DNA of 62,151 bases from Clostridia bacterium (GTDB taxonomy: Bacteria; Bacillota; Clostridia; Christensenellales; QALW01), in assembly GCA_045537705.1 (NCBI GenBank), contig JAZSPY010000117.1, positions 1 to 62,151 of the forward strand, given 5' to 3'. Every line of letters begins with the position of its first letter. The stretch's first letter is position 1. Of this stretch, positions 36,271-46,065 are shown piece after piece. The position numbers were made by a program, and so were the translations under genes. A model generated the notes under the pieces. That model did no database searches. It was not told the origin of the DNA and was given only the letters and a program-made list of their open reading frames with translations.

Positions 36271-37245
36271 TTGGCAAAATCTTCAGGGCAAAAACTAAAG
36301 CTTTTATACTTAATGGATATTTTTAAAAAGCATACGGATAGTGATACCTTTATTACAATGGAACAGATCCTTTCGCTTTTAGAAAAGCACAACATAACTG
36401 CAGAACGCAAAAGCATTTACGAAGATATAAACGCCCTTAAGGACTTTGGCTTAAATATTGAGCTTGTTCGCAATAAAGGTTATCACCTTGTTACAAGGGA
36501 GTTTGAAACAAGCGAATTAAAACTTCTTGTTGATGCGGTACAAGCATCAAAATTCATTACAGAAAAAAAGAGTAATGAGTTAATTAAAAAACTTGAAAAC
36601 TTAACCAGCAAAAATACAGCAAGCGAGCTTCAGCATTCGGTAATTATGCGCGAAAGAATAAAAACCATGAACGAAAGCGTGTTTTTAACCGTTGATATGA
36701 TTCAGCTTGCTATGGCAAAAAACAAAAAATTAAGTTTTAAGTATTTTGATTGGGATATTTATAAGAAAAAAGTTTTTAAAAAGGACGGTAAAAGTTATAT
36801 TGTCAGCCCGCAGGCGTTAACCTGGGATGATGAAAACTACTACCTTTTAGCCTTTGATGAAGATGCTAATATGTTAAAGCATTTCCGTGTTGATAAAATG
36901 ACGGCTTTGTTTATCTTAGACGAAAAGCGCTCAGGTTTAAGCACCACTCGGTTTAACACTGCCGAATATTCTAAAAAAATGTTTGGTATGTATGGCGGAA
37001 CTTTGCAAAAGGTAAAGTTACGATGTGCTTCTTCTCTTGCCGGCGTTTTTATTGACCGCTTTGGGTTAAATTCAATTATTACGCCCTTGGGTGATAGTTT
37101 TGAAATCATCATAGAAGCCGCCATAAGCCCTGTTTTTTTATCCTGGCTTATGCAGTTTGGCGATAAAGTTACCGTTTTAAGCCCTGAAAGCGTTAGGGAA
37201 GAACTTTTAATTTTAGCAGGCAAGGTAATAAAATCAAATTCATAA
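36271..37245 (+). CDS. WYL-domain transcriptional regulator (HTH + WYL + WCX-like)
   Basis: The N-terminal wHTH is KLKLLYLMDIF...MEQILSLL......ERKSIYEDINAL. The WYL core is ENYYLLAFDE...KHFRVDKM. TTG start with an AAGGA RBS. Confidence 0.75.
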   Translation: MAKSSGQKLKLLYLMDIFKKHTDSDTFITMEQILSLLEKHNITAERKSIYEDINALKDFGLNIELVRNKGYHLVTREFETSELKLLVDAVQASKFITEKKSNELIKKLENLTSKNTASELQHSVIMRERIKTMNESVFLTVDMIQLAMAKNKKLSFKYFDWDIYKKKVFKKDGKSYIVSPQALTWDDENYYLLAFDEDANMLKHFRVDKMTALFILDEKRSGLSTTRFNTAEYSKKMFGMYGGTLQKVKLRCASSLAGVFIDRFGLNSIITPLGDSFEIIIEAAISPVFLSWLMQFGDKVTVLSPESVREELLILAGKVIKSNS

Positions 37246-37280
37246 AAAAATAAACAGGCCTAAAACAGCCTGTTTTTTAT
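37246..37280. terminator. Bidirectional terminator (WYL gene / DUF2304 gene)
   Basis: Stem AACAGGC (37253-37259) pairs with GCCTGTT (37268-37274), with an A-run before and a T-run after. Confidence 0.65.
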
Positions 37281-37292
37281 TTTTATATTAAC

Positions 37293-37628
37293 TTATTTTT
37301 CTTCTTTACTTTCAATTGCTATCTTTTGAATAAGCTCGTTAAGTTTAGTTTGCGTTTTTGATAATTTTACCGATAGCGAAAACACCTTTACAACAAGCAA
37401 GAAAATAAACACAACGAAAATAAAGTTAACAGGTGCCTGGAATCCGAGCAAATCGGCAAAGAAATACGATATTTTAGGGAAAACGCTTAACATCAACAAA
37501 AACGCGCAAAAGAAAATCCAAAAAAGAGTATCTTCAATAACAAAATGTGATTTTCTGATTTTTCTGAAAACAAAAAGCGCCGTAACAAGTGATGCTATAA
37601 ACAAAACTATTCTTAATATTGAAGGCAT
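37293..37628 (-). CDS. DUF2304 small membrane protein (GacJ-like partner of GT2)
   Basis: 111 aa with 3-4 TM helices, then a C-terminal amphipathic helix. It follows the GT2 gene directly (1-nt gap) and has a GGAGG RBS. Confidence 0.7.
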   Translation of the reverse strand: MPSILRIVLFIASLVTALFVFRKIRKSHFVIEDTLFWIFFCAFLLMLSVFPKISYFFADLLGFQAPVNFIFVVFIFLLVVKVFSLSVKLSKTQTKLNELIQKIAIESKEEK

Positions 37629-37629
37629 A

Positions 37630-38316
37630 TTATTTTCCCCTCCTGAACCACTGTAATATCAAAATGGAAACGAACATTCTTAACATATATTTTATTGACC
37701 GGGAGAAATTTAGATAACTTGTTCCTGCAATTCTTTCGTGCATTTCAACCTGAACTTCTGTGACCTTGGCGCCCTGGCGCATTAAAAGCGCTACTGTATC
37801 AGGTTCAGGGCCCATATCAACTGCTATCGCAAGCCTTTTTATCATTTCTTTATCAAACAAGCGCATGCCTGAAGTTGTATCCTTTATTGTTTTGCCGGTT
37901 GTAAGTTTTATTGCAAGTTCAATAAGGTTATTGCCAAGCATACGCATTGTTATAGGTTTTTTCTTTGTTACAAAGCGTGAACCGATAACAATATTATTGC
38001 CTTCTTCAATTTTTTGTGCCATTTCTTTAATATATTCAGCATCGTGCTGGCCATCGCCATCAAACTGAATGGCTGCATCGTAATCTTTTTTTGTTGCATA
38101 CATCATTCCTGTTTTTACTGCCCCTGCAAGCCCTAAATTTACAGGATGGCTTATGTAATTATAGTTGTTTTTGATGCACACTTCTTCAGTATTATCGCTG
38201 CTGCCATCATTTATTACAACGTAATCGTACTCAGGATAATTCTTCTGAAGATTTTGAACAACACGTTCAATATTCTCGCCTTCGTTATAGGCAGGAATTA
38301 TTACTAAAATTTTCAT
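37630..38316 (-). CDS. GT2 polyprenyl-phosphate sugar synthase (DPM1/GtrB/GacI-like)
   Basis: MKILVIIPAYNEGENI, VINDGSSDNT, FDGDGQHD and a C-terminal membrane-associated segment. The ATG at 38316 lies 1 nt after the GT4 stop. Confidence 0.88.
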   Translation of the reverse strand: MKILVIIPAYNEGENIERVVQNLQKNYPEYDYVVINDGSSDNTEEVCIKNNYNYISHPVNLGLAGAVKTGMMYATKKDYDAAIQFDGDGQHDAEYIKEMAQKIEEGNNIVIGSRFVTKKKPITMRMLGNNLIELAIKLTTGKTIKDTTSGMRLFDKEMIKRLAIAVDMGPEPDTVALLMRQGAKVTEVQVEMHERIAGTSYLNFSRSIKYMLRMFVSILILQWFRRGK

Positions 38317-38317
38317 T

Positions 38318-39457
38318 TTATCTTCCTTTTTTAATGATTTCTGCAACCTTCTGTGCAGTTTTTTCCCAAGTAAAACCTTCTTTAAGGCGGTTATATGCAT
38401 TTTCTACAGCAGAATTTCGGTTATCAATATCATCTATTGCTTTAACTAAAGCATCTTTTACTTCTTTTACGGAATTACCTTTCATTATGATTCCGTATTG
38501 TTCACCGGCAATAAGTTCCTTTGTACCGCCTGTTTCAGTTGTTATAACAAAGTTTTTTGTGGCAACCGCTTCCATACAGGAGGTTGAAAATCCTTCGGAA
38601 ACTGAAGGCAAACAAAAAATATCCGTTTCTTTTAATAAAGATATAACTTCATTAAAATTAAGTTTACCAAGCAGAAAAATTCTTTCGTTATTTTCCTTTA
38701 ACTCCTCATATAAAGGACCGTCCCCTGCGATAAATAGATACGCATCTTTTTTATCAAGTTGCTTAAAAGCCTCAATAAGCTGAACAACGCCCTTTTCAGG
38801 AATAAGCCTGCCTGTAAAGGAAATGCACGTTGCATTTTCAGGAATATTATATTCCTTTTTATATGAGCAAACGGGGTTGTTTAGAATCTCATCAATTTCT
38901 TTTAAATCAACAGCGTTATATAAAACGCCTTTTGATTTAATGTTAAAGTGCTTACTCCAATCGCAAGATGCCTGTGAAACACCGTAATAATCCTTGCAAT
39001 AGCGTTTTAAAATTGCCGTTATAAAATGTTCTAACATTCCGCCCATTAAATCAAGTAATTTATTATTAACGGAAAGATGGGTTGATCCATGTTCAATAGT
39101 AAAACAAGGAATATTTTTTTGTTTTGCAAATTTTGCAGCCATAATGCTATGCAGATAAAACCGTGCATTGATTATAACAAAATCAAAATCTTCTTTTAAT
39201 AAATCTGCATAGATTTTTTTAGATATAGGCGTGTTCTTTTTTACAGGAAATCTGCCACCTAAAAAGTTAAAACAAGGAAATCTTTTTATTTTTATATTTT
39301 CAGGGGAAACTTCTTCATTAACCGTTCCCACAACGTTGTTTGTTACAACTGTAACGGTGTTGCCCATTTTTATAAGTTCTTTTGAAAGATAATACGTATA
39401 TCTTTCAATGCCCCCGATATTAGGCAGGTAATTTGCGGCAAATATGCAAACGTTCAT
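38318..39457 (-). CDS. GT4 (GT-B, group 1) glycosyltransferase
   Basis: 379 aa. GGIERY at the N-terminus, with C-terminal FCLPSVSEGFS....EA motifs (EX7E-like). Confidence 0.85.
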   Translation of the reverse strand: MNVCIFAANYLPNIGGIERYTYYLSKELIKMGNTVTVVTNNVVGTVNEEVSPENIKIKRFPCFNFLGGRFPVKKNTPISKKIYADLLKEDFDFVIINARFYLHSIMAAKFAKQKNIPCFTIEHGSTHLSVNNKLLDLMGGMLEHFITAILKRYCKDYYGVSQASCDWSKHFNIKSKGVLYNAVDLKEIDEILNNPVCSYKKEYNIPENATCISFTGRLIPEKGVVQLIEAFKQLDKKDAYLFIAGDGPLYEELKENNERIFLLGKLNFNEVISLLKETDIFCLPSVSEGFSTSCMEAVATKNFVITTETGGTKELIAGEQYGIIMKGNSVKEVKDALVKAIDDIDNRNSAVENAYNRLKEGFTWEKTAQKVAEIIKKGR

Positions 39458-39467
39458 TTATTTCTCC

Positions 39468-40997
39468 TTAAAGAGCCAATACTGAAAAAATACAGTAAAG
39501 CAATATCAGCACGTTTAATGCAGGCATTAATATAAGCACCAGGTCATCTGCCTTTTTGCTTAAAGTAATAACGTTATTTCTTAAAGCAAGGAATACAAGG
39601 GGAAGGGCAGGAATAAAGTATCTGCCTTGTACGCCACCGATATAAACACAGCCTTTGTGTGTATGATCAATTAACAATAACAATTCTGTAATAAGGAAAA
39701 TTACAATAAATAAAAATGCGTTGTAAAGTTTAGCTGTAAGAGACATATCTTCTTGTTCGCCTTCTTTTTTCATAAAAGAAATAAGCAAAACTACAATAAC
39801 AGGAATTGCCAAAAACCAAGGTGCAGCTATCTGGAACCATCCAAAGTGAGCAATAAGGGATTTTAAATAAAAATCCGTTTCATAATATATGGTATAAAAA
39901 AGCATCCTGGCTATTTCGCCTAAGTGAGTTAACACGTACTGTATGCTGAAACCATCACCTGTTTGCGTGTTGGTTACGTTATCAGAAACAAGTTTTGATG
40001 CATTTTGCATCTGAACGATCAATATACTTAAAGCAGCCATCAAACAAAAAGCACACTTAAATAAAAAGTGTAGTTTAGGCGATTTAAACTTTTCTTTAGG
40101 CAACAGAAAAACCAGCCCAACAACGCCGATGTAAACTACTTTTTGCGGAACAATTATAATGATCATTGCCGCTAAAATAAGTAGTTGTTTAATTCCTATT
40201 TCCTTTACGCTATACAATAAGTGCATGATATACGCAAATAAAAGAAGCACTCCGCCAACGGAAAAAACATCGTAAGAATATGATGCCATAATGTGTATGT
40301 TTATTGGTAACATGGCTATTGCCGCAATGGCAACTTTACCAAAGGGCATAAGTTTTATGGCAAAATATACAAATATCAGGAATGACAAGAAGTTAAAAAG
40401 TCTGCCTAACTGATAGGTCCAGTAAGCGCTTAAATTAAAAATTCTTCCTAACGTTATACCCATTGCGGGGGCAATATACACTACTGCTTTATTTTTCATA
40501 TAAGCCTGATCAACCTTAACTAACTGTTTGTTTTTGCAAACAAGATAGTTATTCTTAGCAACACTTATATACTGATCTTTATTTATTACTTTTGATGCGC
40601 TTTTTACATAAGCATCATCTTCAACACGCATAAGCATATCATGGCTTTCATCCCCAAACTTAAAAAGCATCTGATTGGATAAATGATATGCAGTTGTATA
40701 ATGCAACGGTTCATCAGGAATGGAATTAGGTGAAAAAACAAAAAGATATATAAATCCAAGTACTGCAAGAATCAATACGGTAAGCATTTGTATTGATTGC
40801 TTTTTCTTTCTTACTAAAAAGGCAAAAACAGGTATAGAAGCCATGCCTATAACCAATAAAATCAACAGCCACCACAATAAAGCGCCCTGTACAACAGCCT
40901 TATATAAAAAGCAAAATCCTGCTGCAAAAACAAACAATGAAAGCAGTATTGTTAAAACAAGAAACTTATGGGTTTCAATATACTGGCGAATTTTCAT
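39468..40997 (-). CDS. Polytopic GT-C-like membrane glycosyltransferase (DUF2142-like, GacL-like role)
   Basis: 509 aa with about 13 TM helices. The first external loop carries IPDEPLHYTTAYHLS (PDE..H motif). It lies between the flippase and the GT4/GT2 genes. Confidence 0.6.
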   Translation of the reverse strand: MKIRQYIETHKFLVLTILLSLFVFAAGFCFLYKAVVQGALLWWLLILLVIGMASIPVFAFLVRKKKQSIQMLTVLILAVLGFIYLFVFSPNSIPDEPLHYTTAYHLSNQMLFKFGDESHDMLMRVEDDAYVKSASKVINKDQYISVAKNNYLVCKNKQLVKVDQAYMKNKAVVYIAPAMGITLGRIFNLSAYWTYQLGRLFNFLSFLIFVYFAIKLMPFGKVAIAAIAMLPINIHIMASYSYDVFSVGGVLLLFAYIMHLLYSVKEIGIKQLLILAAMIIIIVPQKVVYIGVVGLVFLLPKEKFKSPKLHFLFKCAFCLMAALSILIVQMQNASKLVSDNVTNTQTGDGFSIQYVLTHLGEIARMLFYTIYYETDFYLKSLIAHFGWFQIAAPWFLAIPVIVVLLISFMKKEGEQEDMSLTAKLYNAFLFIVIFLITELLLLIDHTHKGCVYIGGVQGRYFIPALPLVFLALRNNVITLSKKADDLVLILMPALNVLILLYCIFSVLAL

Positions 40998-40999
40998 TT

Positions 41000-42244
41000 T
41001 TATTCTCCCTTCTTCTTTTCAAAGAAAACGTAAAACAGAAACACACCTATCATAATAACAGCAAGCACACCGGTTGCAATTAAGTATGATAACGCTGCAC
41101 CCATAAGACCATAGGCAACAACAAGAGGTTTTGTTATTAAAAGGGAAACACCGTATGCAACAAGATACGAAACTATCATAGCGTACTGATGGCGCATTAT
41201 AACGATTCCGTTATAGATAAGGTTTGCTAAGGCATACATTCCGCCACCTAAAATTATAAAACATAAAGGAATTTCAAGGCCTGAAATATCAATTCCGTAA
41301 ATTAAGGTAAGGAAAGGCAATCCGATAAACTTTGCTAAAATGTTACAGGCAACGGTAAGAGCTAAAATAATACCTGAAATCTTTAAAAATCTACCAATAA
41401 AGTTATTGTATTTTTTATTTTTCCAAATCTCAGTTAACGTAGTAAGCAGGGGCCTGTAAATGAACATTCCAAGTAAAGAAATAACGGCAGACGGCATAAA
41501 GATAATGCCGAATTTATTTTGTGTTACTTCATCTAACACACTATCAAGCACGAATTTAGGTTGATTGATTATGTAATTAAGCATAAAAACGCCTAAAAAC
41601 ATTGGCAAGCAACCCATTAAAAGTTTAAACATAAGTTTAAAATTCCATCTTGGTTTTAAGGGCATAATTTTTCTTGAATAATGCCCATCATATAAAATTA
41701 CCCAGATTATTGAAAAAACAAAGCATATTACCGAAGAAATTATAAGATTTTTAGAAATCACAAGCGCTATTGAAAATAAAACAAAGGAAAAGAATACTCT
41801 GAACGCTAAAGATTTACCTGCAATATCAAGTTGTTCGTTCTTTTGTAAAAGCCCGCCGAACAAGCCTGAAATGGAATCTATCCCCTTAAATGCGCACACT
41901 AAAATAACTACCGCCGCTTTATAGGGCGCATAGCGCACACAGGCTATCACTATTGCCACCAGTATTGAAACGGTATACAAAATAATCTTTGTGGCAAAGT
42001 GCACGTTAAACTCTATTTTATTTTCGGCATCCGTTACGTAATAAGTGGGTGTTTCAAAACAAGAAACCGTAATCAGTTGTTGTGCCAACGCAAAGGCGAT
42101 GGTGAAAATTCCACCTTCAACAGCCCCTAAAACCCGGGTAACTACCGCCAGTAAAAATACTGACGCCATTGCGTTTACAAAACTGCCTGCGGCATTCCAG
42201 AAAAACACCTTTTTACCTAACGAAACAGACCTTTTTGTTTCCAT
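41000..42244 (-). CDS. MOP-superfamily polysaccharide/lipid-linked sugar flippase (Wzx-like)
   Basis: 414 aa with about 12 TM helices and a typical Wzx-like hydrophobic profile. It is the first gene of the minus-strand glyco-operon. Confidence 0.75.
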   Translation of the reverse strand: METKRSVSLGKKVFFWNAAGSFVNAMASVFLLAVVTRVLGAVEGGIFTIAFALAQQLITVSCFETPTYYVTDAENKIEFNVHFATKIILYTVSILVAIVIACVRYAPYKAAVVILVCAFKGIDSISGLFGGLLQKNEQLDIAGKSLAFRVFFSFVLFSIALVISKNLIISSVICFVFSIIWVILYDGHYSRKIMPLKPRWNFKLMFKLLMGCLPMFLGVFMLNYIINQPKFVLDSVLDEVTQNKFGIIFMPSAVISLLGMFIYRPLLTTLTEIWKNKKYNNFIGRFLKISGIILALTVACNILAKFIGLPFLTLIYGIDISGLEIPLCFIILGGGMYALANLIYNGIVIMRHQYAMIVSYLVAYGVSLLITKPLVVAYGLMGAALSYLIATGVLAVIMIGVFLFYVFFEKKKGE

Positions 42245-42279
42245 AAAATACCTTCATATTAAATATAATATATATGGTT

Positions 42280-42308
42280 ATTTTACTTTAATTCAAAACC
42301 CTTGTCAA
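42280..42308 (-). promoter_or_regulatory. Candidate promoter of wzx-like operon
   Basis: On the minus strand, TTGACA (42308-42303), a 17-nt spacer, then TAAAAT (42285-42280). Confidence 0.45.
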
Positions 42309-42333
42309 GCGCATGCTCTTTTTCACGTTAGAA

Positions 42334-42362
42334 TTGACAAAACAAGCGCTTTTTGATACAAT
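42334..42362 (+). promoter_or_regulatory. Candidate promoter of licD-cytidylyltransferase operon
   Basis: TTGACA (42334-42339), a 17-nt spacer, then TACAAT (42357-42362). Confidence 0.55.
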
Positions 42363-42398
42363 TATTGGCGAAAAACAAAGATTTTATTGGGGGTTTTT

Positions 42399-43253
42399 AT
42401 GGCACAATACGATCCTGAAGTTTTGCGCAAACTTCAGCTTTGCGAGCTTGAAATATTAAAGGATTTTGTTAGAATCTGCGAAGAAAATAACCTTACTTAC
42501 TTTGGTTTTGCAGGTACTGCCATCGGCGCTATCCGTCACGGTGGTTTTATTCCCTGGGATGATGATATTGATATTGCCATTCTTCGCAAAGATTATCAAA
42601 AACTTAAGGAAATAATCAAAAAAGATTACGCTGATAAATACACGTTCGTTGATGCAGAAGAATTTTCAGATTACGCTGTTATGAACGCGCATATCGTTCT
42701 TAACGGTACCAAATTTAAAGAAGCCTGCGCTAAAAACCTTAAATATCCCCAAGGTATTTTCCTTGATATTTTCCCCTTTGATAACGCGCCAAACGATGAA
42801 AAATTAAGGGAAAAGCACATCAGAAATTCCTGGTTTTTAAGTAAACTTTTAATTTTAAGGCATACGCCCTTCCCTGTTTTACCATTCAAAAAAGGCATTA
42901 AACCCAAGCTTGTTCACTGTGTAACTGCTTGCGTTTGGTTCTTTATGAATCTGTTCTGCATTTCCCACAAGGCTTTACATAAATTCGTTTATAACTACTG
43001 TTCAAAATACAAAAGCGAAGATACTGATTACATATATTATTCTTGCAGTTCTTCAAGGCAAGGCACAGTTTTTCATAAAAACGATTTTTATCCCTTAAGA
43101 AAAATTAAGTTTGAAGATGTTGACCTTGATTTTCCTAAAAACGTTGAGAAAGGGCTTAACCGCGTTTACGGTGATTTTATGGTGCTTCCACCTGTTGATA
43201 AGCGCGTAAATCACTGCCCCGAAGAACTTGTTTTTCCAAACGAAAATTTATAA
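42399..43253 (+). CDS. licD: LicD family phosphotransferase (phosphocholine/phospho-alcohol transferase)
   Basis: LQLCELEILKDF..IC...NL.YF...GT.IGAIRHGGFIPWDDDIDI is the canonical LicD N-terminal motif. The ATG at 42399 follows GGGGG. Confidence 0.85.
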   Translation: MAQYDPEVLRKLQLCELEILKDFVRICEENNLTYFGFAGTAIGAIRHGGFIPWDDDIDIAILRKDYQKLKEIIKKDYADKYTFVDAEEFSDYAVMNAHIVLNGTKFKEACAKNLKYPQGIFLDIFPFDNAPNDEKLREKHIRNSWFLSKLLILRHTPFPVLPFKKGIKPKLVHCVTACVWFFMNLFCISHKALHKFVYNYCSKYKSEDTDYIYYSCSSSRQGTVFHKNDFYPLRKIKFEDVDLDFPKNVEKGLNRVYGDFMVLPPVDKRVNHCPEELVFPNENL

Positions 43254-43269
43254 AAAAGGAATTTCTGTT

Positions 43270-43695
43270 ATGAAAAAATATAAAGTTGGATACACCTGTG
43301 GTGTTTTTGATTTGTTTCACGTTGGCCACCTTAACTTGCTTGAACGTTGTAAGGAAATGTGCGATTATTTAATCGTTGGCATTTGCGATGATAACTACGT
43401 AACCGATATTAAGAAAAAAACTCCCGTTATTCCCGAAGCAGACAGGCTTCGTATTCTTAACGCCTTAAAATGCGTTGACAGGGCTGAGCTTGTTGATATT
43501 GAAACCACCAATGACAAAATGCTTGCTTTAAACCGTTTTAAGTTTGACGTGCTTTTTTCAGGGGATGATTGGAAAGGCTCTGAAAGATACTTAAAAACCG
43601 AAGAACAGTTTGCGCCCTTTAATGTTAAAATTGAATATCTGCCTTACACACAAGGCGTTTCAACCACCGATATAAAAGAAAAAATGAAAAATTAA
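43270..43695 (+). CDS. Cytidylyltransferase, TagD-like (glycerol-3-phosphate cytidylyltransferase family)
   Basis: GYTCGVFDLFHVGHLNLL carries the HxGH motif. The C-terminal part has RTEGISTT-like YTQGVSTTDIK. About 141 aa. Confidence 0.85.
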   Translation: MKKYKVGYTCGVFDLFHVGHLNLLERCKEMCDYLIVGICDDNYVTDIKKKTPVIPEADRLRILNALKCVDRAELVDIETTNDKMLALNRFKFDVLFSGDDWKGSERYLKTEEQFAPFNVKIEYLPYTQGVSTTDIKEKMKN

Positions 43696-43720
43696 ACAGA
43701 CCTTAACGGTCTGTTTTTTC
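43694..43720 (+). terminator. Intrinsic terminator
   Basis: Stem ACAGACC-TTAAC-GGTCTGT followed by TTTTTT. Confidence 0.7.
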
Positions 43721-43818
43721 TTTTAAAAAACAAATTTAAAAACTTTTTTCAAAGTCCTGTTTTTTGTACTTTACATTTTTTAAAATAGAGGTGTAAAACA
43801 AAAAGGAGGTGCGCTATT

Positions 43819-44013
43819 ATGGGTGCATTGGTAGTAGTTTTTGCTTGGATCGGGGTTAACGCATTGATTAGTTATTTTGAAGATAAAAAACAACCTAAAA
43901 AAACGGAAGTTAAAGAAAAAAAGGTTGTAAAAACTGAATATAAAAATTATAATTTTGATCTTTTTAACGATTACCCCGATTTACAAACTTCTGCGCTTAA
44001 GAAAAGTGCCTGA
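43819..44013 (+). CDS. Small (64 aa) N-terminally membrane-anchored Lys-rich protein, unknown
   Basis: A strong AAAGGAGGTG RBS lies 7 nt upstream, and the gene has its own terminator immediately downstream. One TM (ALVVVFAWIGVNALISYF). Confidence 0.45.
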   Translation: MGALVVVFAWIGVNALISYFEDKKQPKKTEVKEKKVVKTEYKNYNFDLFNDYPDLQTSALKKSA

Positions 44014-44047
44014 AAATTCTGCCACAAGGCAGAATTTTTATTTTTTA
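44014..44047 (+). terminator. Intrinsic terminator
   Basis: A 10-bp stem AAATTCTGCC-ACAA-GGCAGAATTT followed by a T-run. Confidence 0.7.
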
Positions 44048-44112
44048 TTGTGGCATAATATTAAATATTGTGGTAAAATATATATAATTAAAAAATGGGG
44101 GAGGATTGCCAA

Positions 44113-46065
44113 ATGGATAAATTCAAATTAGTATCAAAGTTTACGCCAACAGGCGATCAGCCCAATGCAATAAACCAACTTGTTGAAGGCTTAAACGATG
44201 GTCTTGATTCCCAGGTTTTGTTAGGCGTAACAGGTTCAGGTAAAACTTTTACAATGGCTAACATTATCGCAAAGGTTAACCGCCCAACGTTAGTTTTAGC
44301 ACACAACAAAACTCTTGCAGCGCAGTTATATTCCGAATTTAAAGAGTTCTTCCCTGAAAACGCGGTGGAATACTTCGTTTCTTTTTACGATTATTATCAG
44401 CCTGAAGCCTATATTCCCCAAACAGATACTTATATTGAAAAGGATTCTTCCGTAAACGAAGAAATAGAAAAACTCCGCCACAGCGCAACCTGTTCGCTTC
44501 AGGAAAGGCGCGACGTTATCGTAGTTGCTTCCGTTTCATCAATTTACGGTTTAGGCGATCCTAAAGCATATAGCGAAATGGCGGTTTCACTTCGCCCCAG
44601 TATGCTCTTAGAAAGAAACGAGCTTTTAAAAAGCCTTGTTGCGCTTCAGTATGAACGGAACGATACGGATTTTGCCCGCGGTACCTTCAGGGTCCGTGGC
44701 GACGTTGTTGAAATCATCACCGCACAGCGTTCCGATAAGGCTATTCGTGTTGAATTCTTTGGTGATGAAATAGATAAAATTTCTGAAATTGAAGTTGTAA
44801 CGGGCAGAGTTCTTGCCACTTTAAAGCACGCGGCGATATTCCCTAACACCCACTATGCCGCAGATGATAATCAGATAATAAATGCCATAAAGCAAATTGA
44901 AACAGACCTTGAAAAGCGCCTTAGCGAGTTTGAAAAAATGAACAAGCCCTTAGAAAAGGAACGCCTTGAACAACGCACAAGATACGATATTGAAATGCTT
45001 CAGGAAATCGGCTATTGTTCGGGCATTGAAAACTATTCCCGTTATCTTGATGGCAGAAAAGAAGGGCAAAGGCCGTATACTCTTTTAGATTATTTTCCAC
45101 AAGATTTTTTAACTATAATTGATGAATCCCACGTAACTATTCCGCAGCTTCGCGCAATGTACGCAGGGGACCGTTCAAGAAAAGAAATGCTTGTAAACTT
45201 TGGGTTCCGTTTGCCTGCGGCATTTGATAACCGCCCGCTTAAGTTTGAAGAAACCCAGAATCTTTTAGGGCAAAAGATCTTTGTTTCCGCCACCCCTGCC
45301 GATTATGAACTTAATCTTGCAGGCGGCGAAATAGCCCAGCAGATTATTCGCCCAACAGGGCTGTTGGATCCTGAAATTCAGGTTAAACCCACAAAAAATC
45401 AGATTGATGATTTAATTGAAGAAATTCAAAAAACTACTGAAAAAGGCTATCGCACACTTGTTACCACTTTAACAAAGCGTATGGCAGAAATGCTTACCGC
45501 CTACTTAAAGGATGCAGGGTTAAGGGTTGAATATATGCATTCTGAAATACACACCCTTGATCGCGTTGAGATTTTACGTAATCTTCGCCTTAATAAGTTT
45601 GACGTGCTTGTTGGCATCAACTTACTGCGTGAAGGTCTTGATTTACCCGAAGTTGCCTTAATTGCCATTTTAGATGCAGATAAAGAAGGCTTTTTACGTT
45701 CACAGCGTTCTTTAATTCAGACTATCGGCCGTGGCGCAAGAAACGCTGAAGGCAGAGTTATCATGTACGCTGATAATATGACCGATTCAATGAAAGCGGC
45801 CATTGAGGAAACAAGGCGCAGAAGGAAAATTCAGGATGAATACAATAAAAAACACGGTATTATTCCTAAAACTATTATTAAGCCTATTGCGGATTTAATT
45901 GAAATCACCGGCAAAACTAAAGAAGAAATTAAACAAATGGGTGATATTAAAGAACAGATTCGCCATTTGGAAGAAGAAATGCTTCGCCTTGCTAAAAATT
46001 ACGAGTTTGAAAAGGCGGCAAAAATCAGAGATACCTTAAAAATTCTTTACGGAGAAAATGAATGA
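44113..46065 (+). CDS. uvrB: Excinuclease ABC subunit B
   Basis: [33 protein letters not shown] and the C-terminal UVR domain ([11 protein letters not shown]). Confidence 0.97.
   Translation: MDKFKLVSKFTPTGDQPNAINQLVEGLNDGLDSQVLLGVTGSGKTFTMANIIAKVNRPTLVLAHNKTLAAQLYSEFKEFFPENAVEYFVSFYDYYQPEAYIPQTDTYIEKDSSVNEEIEKLRHSATCSLQERRDVIVVASVSSIYGLGDPKAYSEMAVSLRPSMLLERNELLKSLVALQYERNDTDFARGTFRVRGDVVEIITAQRSDKAIRVEFFGDEIDKISEIEVVTGRVLATLKHAAIFPNTHYAADDNQIINAIKQIETDLEKRLSEFEKMNKPLEKERLEQRTRYDIEMLQEIGYCSGIENYSRYLDGRKEGQRPYTLLDYFPQDFLTIIDESHVTIPQLRAMYAGDRSRKEMLVNFGFRLPAAFDNRPLKFEETQNLLGQKIFVSATPADYELNLAGGEIAQQIIRPTGLLDPEIQVKPTKNQIDDLIEEIQKTTEKGYRTLVTTLTKRMAEMLTAYLKDAGLRVEYMHSEIHTLDRVEILRNLRLNKFDVLVGINLLREGLDLPEVALIAILDADKEGFLRSQRSLIQTIGRGARNAEGRVIMYADNMTDSMKAAIEETRRRRKIQDEYNKKHGIIPKTIIKPIADLIEITGKTKEEIKQMGDIKEQIRHLEEEMLRLAKNYEFEKAAKIRDTLKILYGENE

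Noticed and set aside
36840-37223. 127-aa minus-strand ORF inside the WYL regulator gene
   Set aside because: It is an antisense shadow. The plus-strand frame carries recognisable HTH and WYL motifs.
44014-44112. LexA (Cheo box CGAACNNNNGTTCG) upstream of uvrB
   Set aside because: No match is present. The repeated ATTGTGG motifs there fit a -35 (TTGTGG) plus an extended -10 (TGGTAAAAT) promoter rather than an operator.
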